Source of the DNA: an uncultured Treponema sp. | GTDB lineage: Bacteria > Spirochaetota > Spirochaetia > Treponematales > Treponemataceae | Direction: 5' to 3' | DNA length: 57,815 nucleotides | NCBI GenBank assembly: GCA_946537975.1 | Contig: CAMNGG010000290.1 | Coordinates: forward strand, 1 to 57,815 | Shown: positions 57,696 through 57,815 of the stretch, one piece after another | How the letters are laid out: every line of letters begins with the position of its first letter | Position numbering within the stretch: the stretch's first letter is position 1 | Notes under the pieces: model-generated | Seen by the model: only the letters and a program-made list of their open reading frames with translations | Databases searched by the model: none | What the model was told of the DNA's origin: nothing | Translations under genes and position numbers: made by a program

Positions 57696-57815
57696 TTAAT
57701 CTACATAGAGTGCAAGCTTTTCAACATTTTGATAAGTTACCGACATGAAGCTCTTAGGTAGCTTCCAGGACTTCTTTGAGATTTCCTTCTTACCACAGAA
57801 ATGCTGCCAGCCCAT
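57696..57815 (-). CDS. Probable 3' end of a gene entering from beyond the window
   Basis: Open frame MGWQHFCGKKEISKKSWKLPKSFMSVTYQNVEKLALYVD* running from the window edge. Confidence 0.4.
   Translation of the reverse strand: MGWQHFCGKKEISKKSWKLPKSFMSVTYQNVEKLALYVD

Noticed and set aside
57753-57763. 11-bp inverted match to GCTACCTAAGA at 288-298 as an element end
   Set aside because: Short enough to arise by chance in 58 kb and lies inside a probable coding frame.
1-57815. tRNA, rRNA, transposase or integrase genes
   Set aside because: None recognisable by eye or in the ORF track; a covariance-model search was not possible.

Overview
AT-rich bacterial accessory region, probably from a Treponema-like spirochaete (inferred from the lipoprotein/BspA-type LRR genes, an FlhA-type domain and overall gene content; not verified). 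No rRNA, tRNA, CRISPR-cas, integrase or transposase was seen. All family calls come from motifs read by eye, not from database searches. (1) 1-9.7 kb is a decayed mosaic: a CMD/AhpD-like gene is split by a 5.8-kb insert bounded by an exact 20-bp direct repeat (cargo: primase remnant, KAP NTPase, TPR protein, umuC 3' remnant, GNAT), followed by a Schlafen/AlbA-type ATP-binding protein and an S24 repressor/umuD-like divergon. (2) 9.8-29 kb holds an AddAB-like helicase-nuclease pair, two paralogous DEDDh exonucleases, a lipoprotein/LRR surface operon, an unusual FlhA-cytoplasmic-domain/sigma70-region-4 fusion and a WYL regulator. Eight promoters here share the layout 'palindrome - exactly 10 nt - TAnnnT', in two palindrome families, suggesting WYL-type (PafBC-like) activated regulons. 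(3) 29.3-57.8 kb is a dense defence island: UvrD-nuclease, type III R-M, Dam + HerA + NurA-like, SNF2 + Hsp70/actin-fold ATPase, DUF262/DUF1524, PLD-helicase-DUF3427, HNH, two AAA-DUF4143 genes each preceded by its own array of ~33-bp-period repeats, a PLD protein and a WYL pseudogene. Best candidates for undescribed systems: the WYL / FlhA_C-sigma4 / lipoprotein module with its operator, the Dam-HerA-NurA and SNF2-Hsp70-like modules, and the repeat-array/AAA-DUF4143 pairs.
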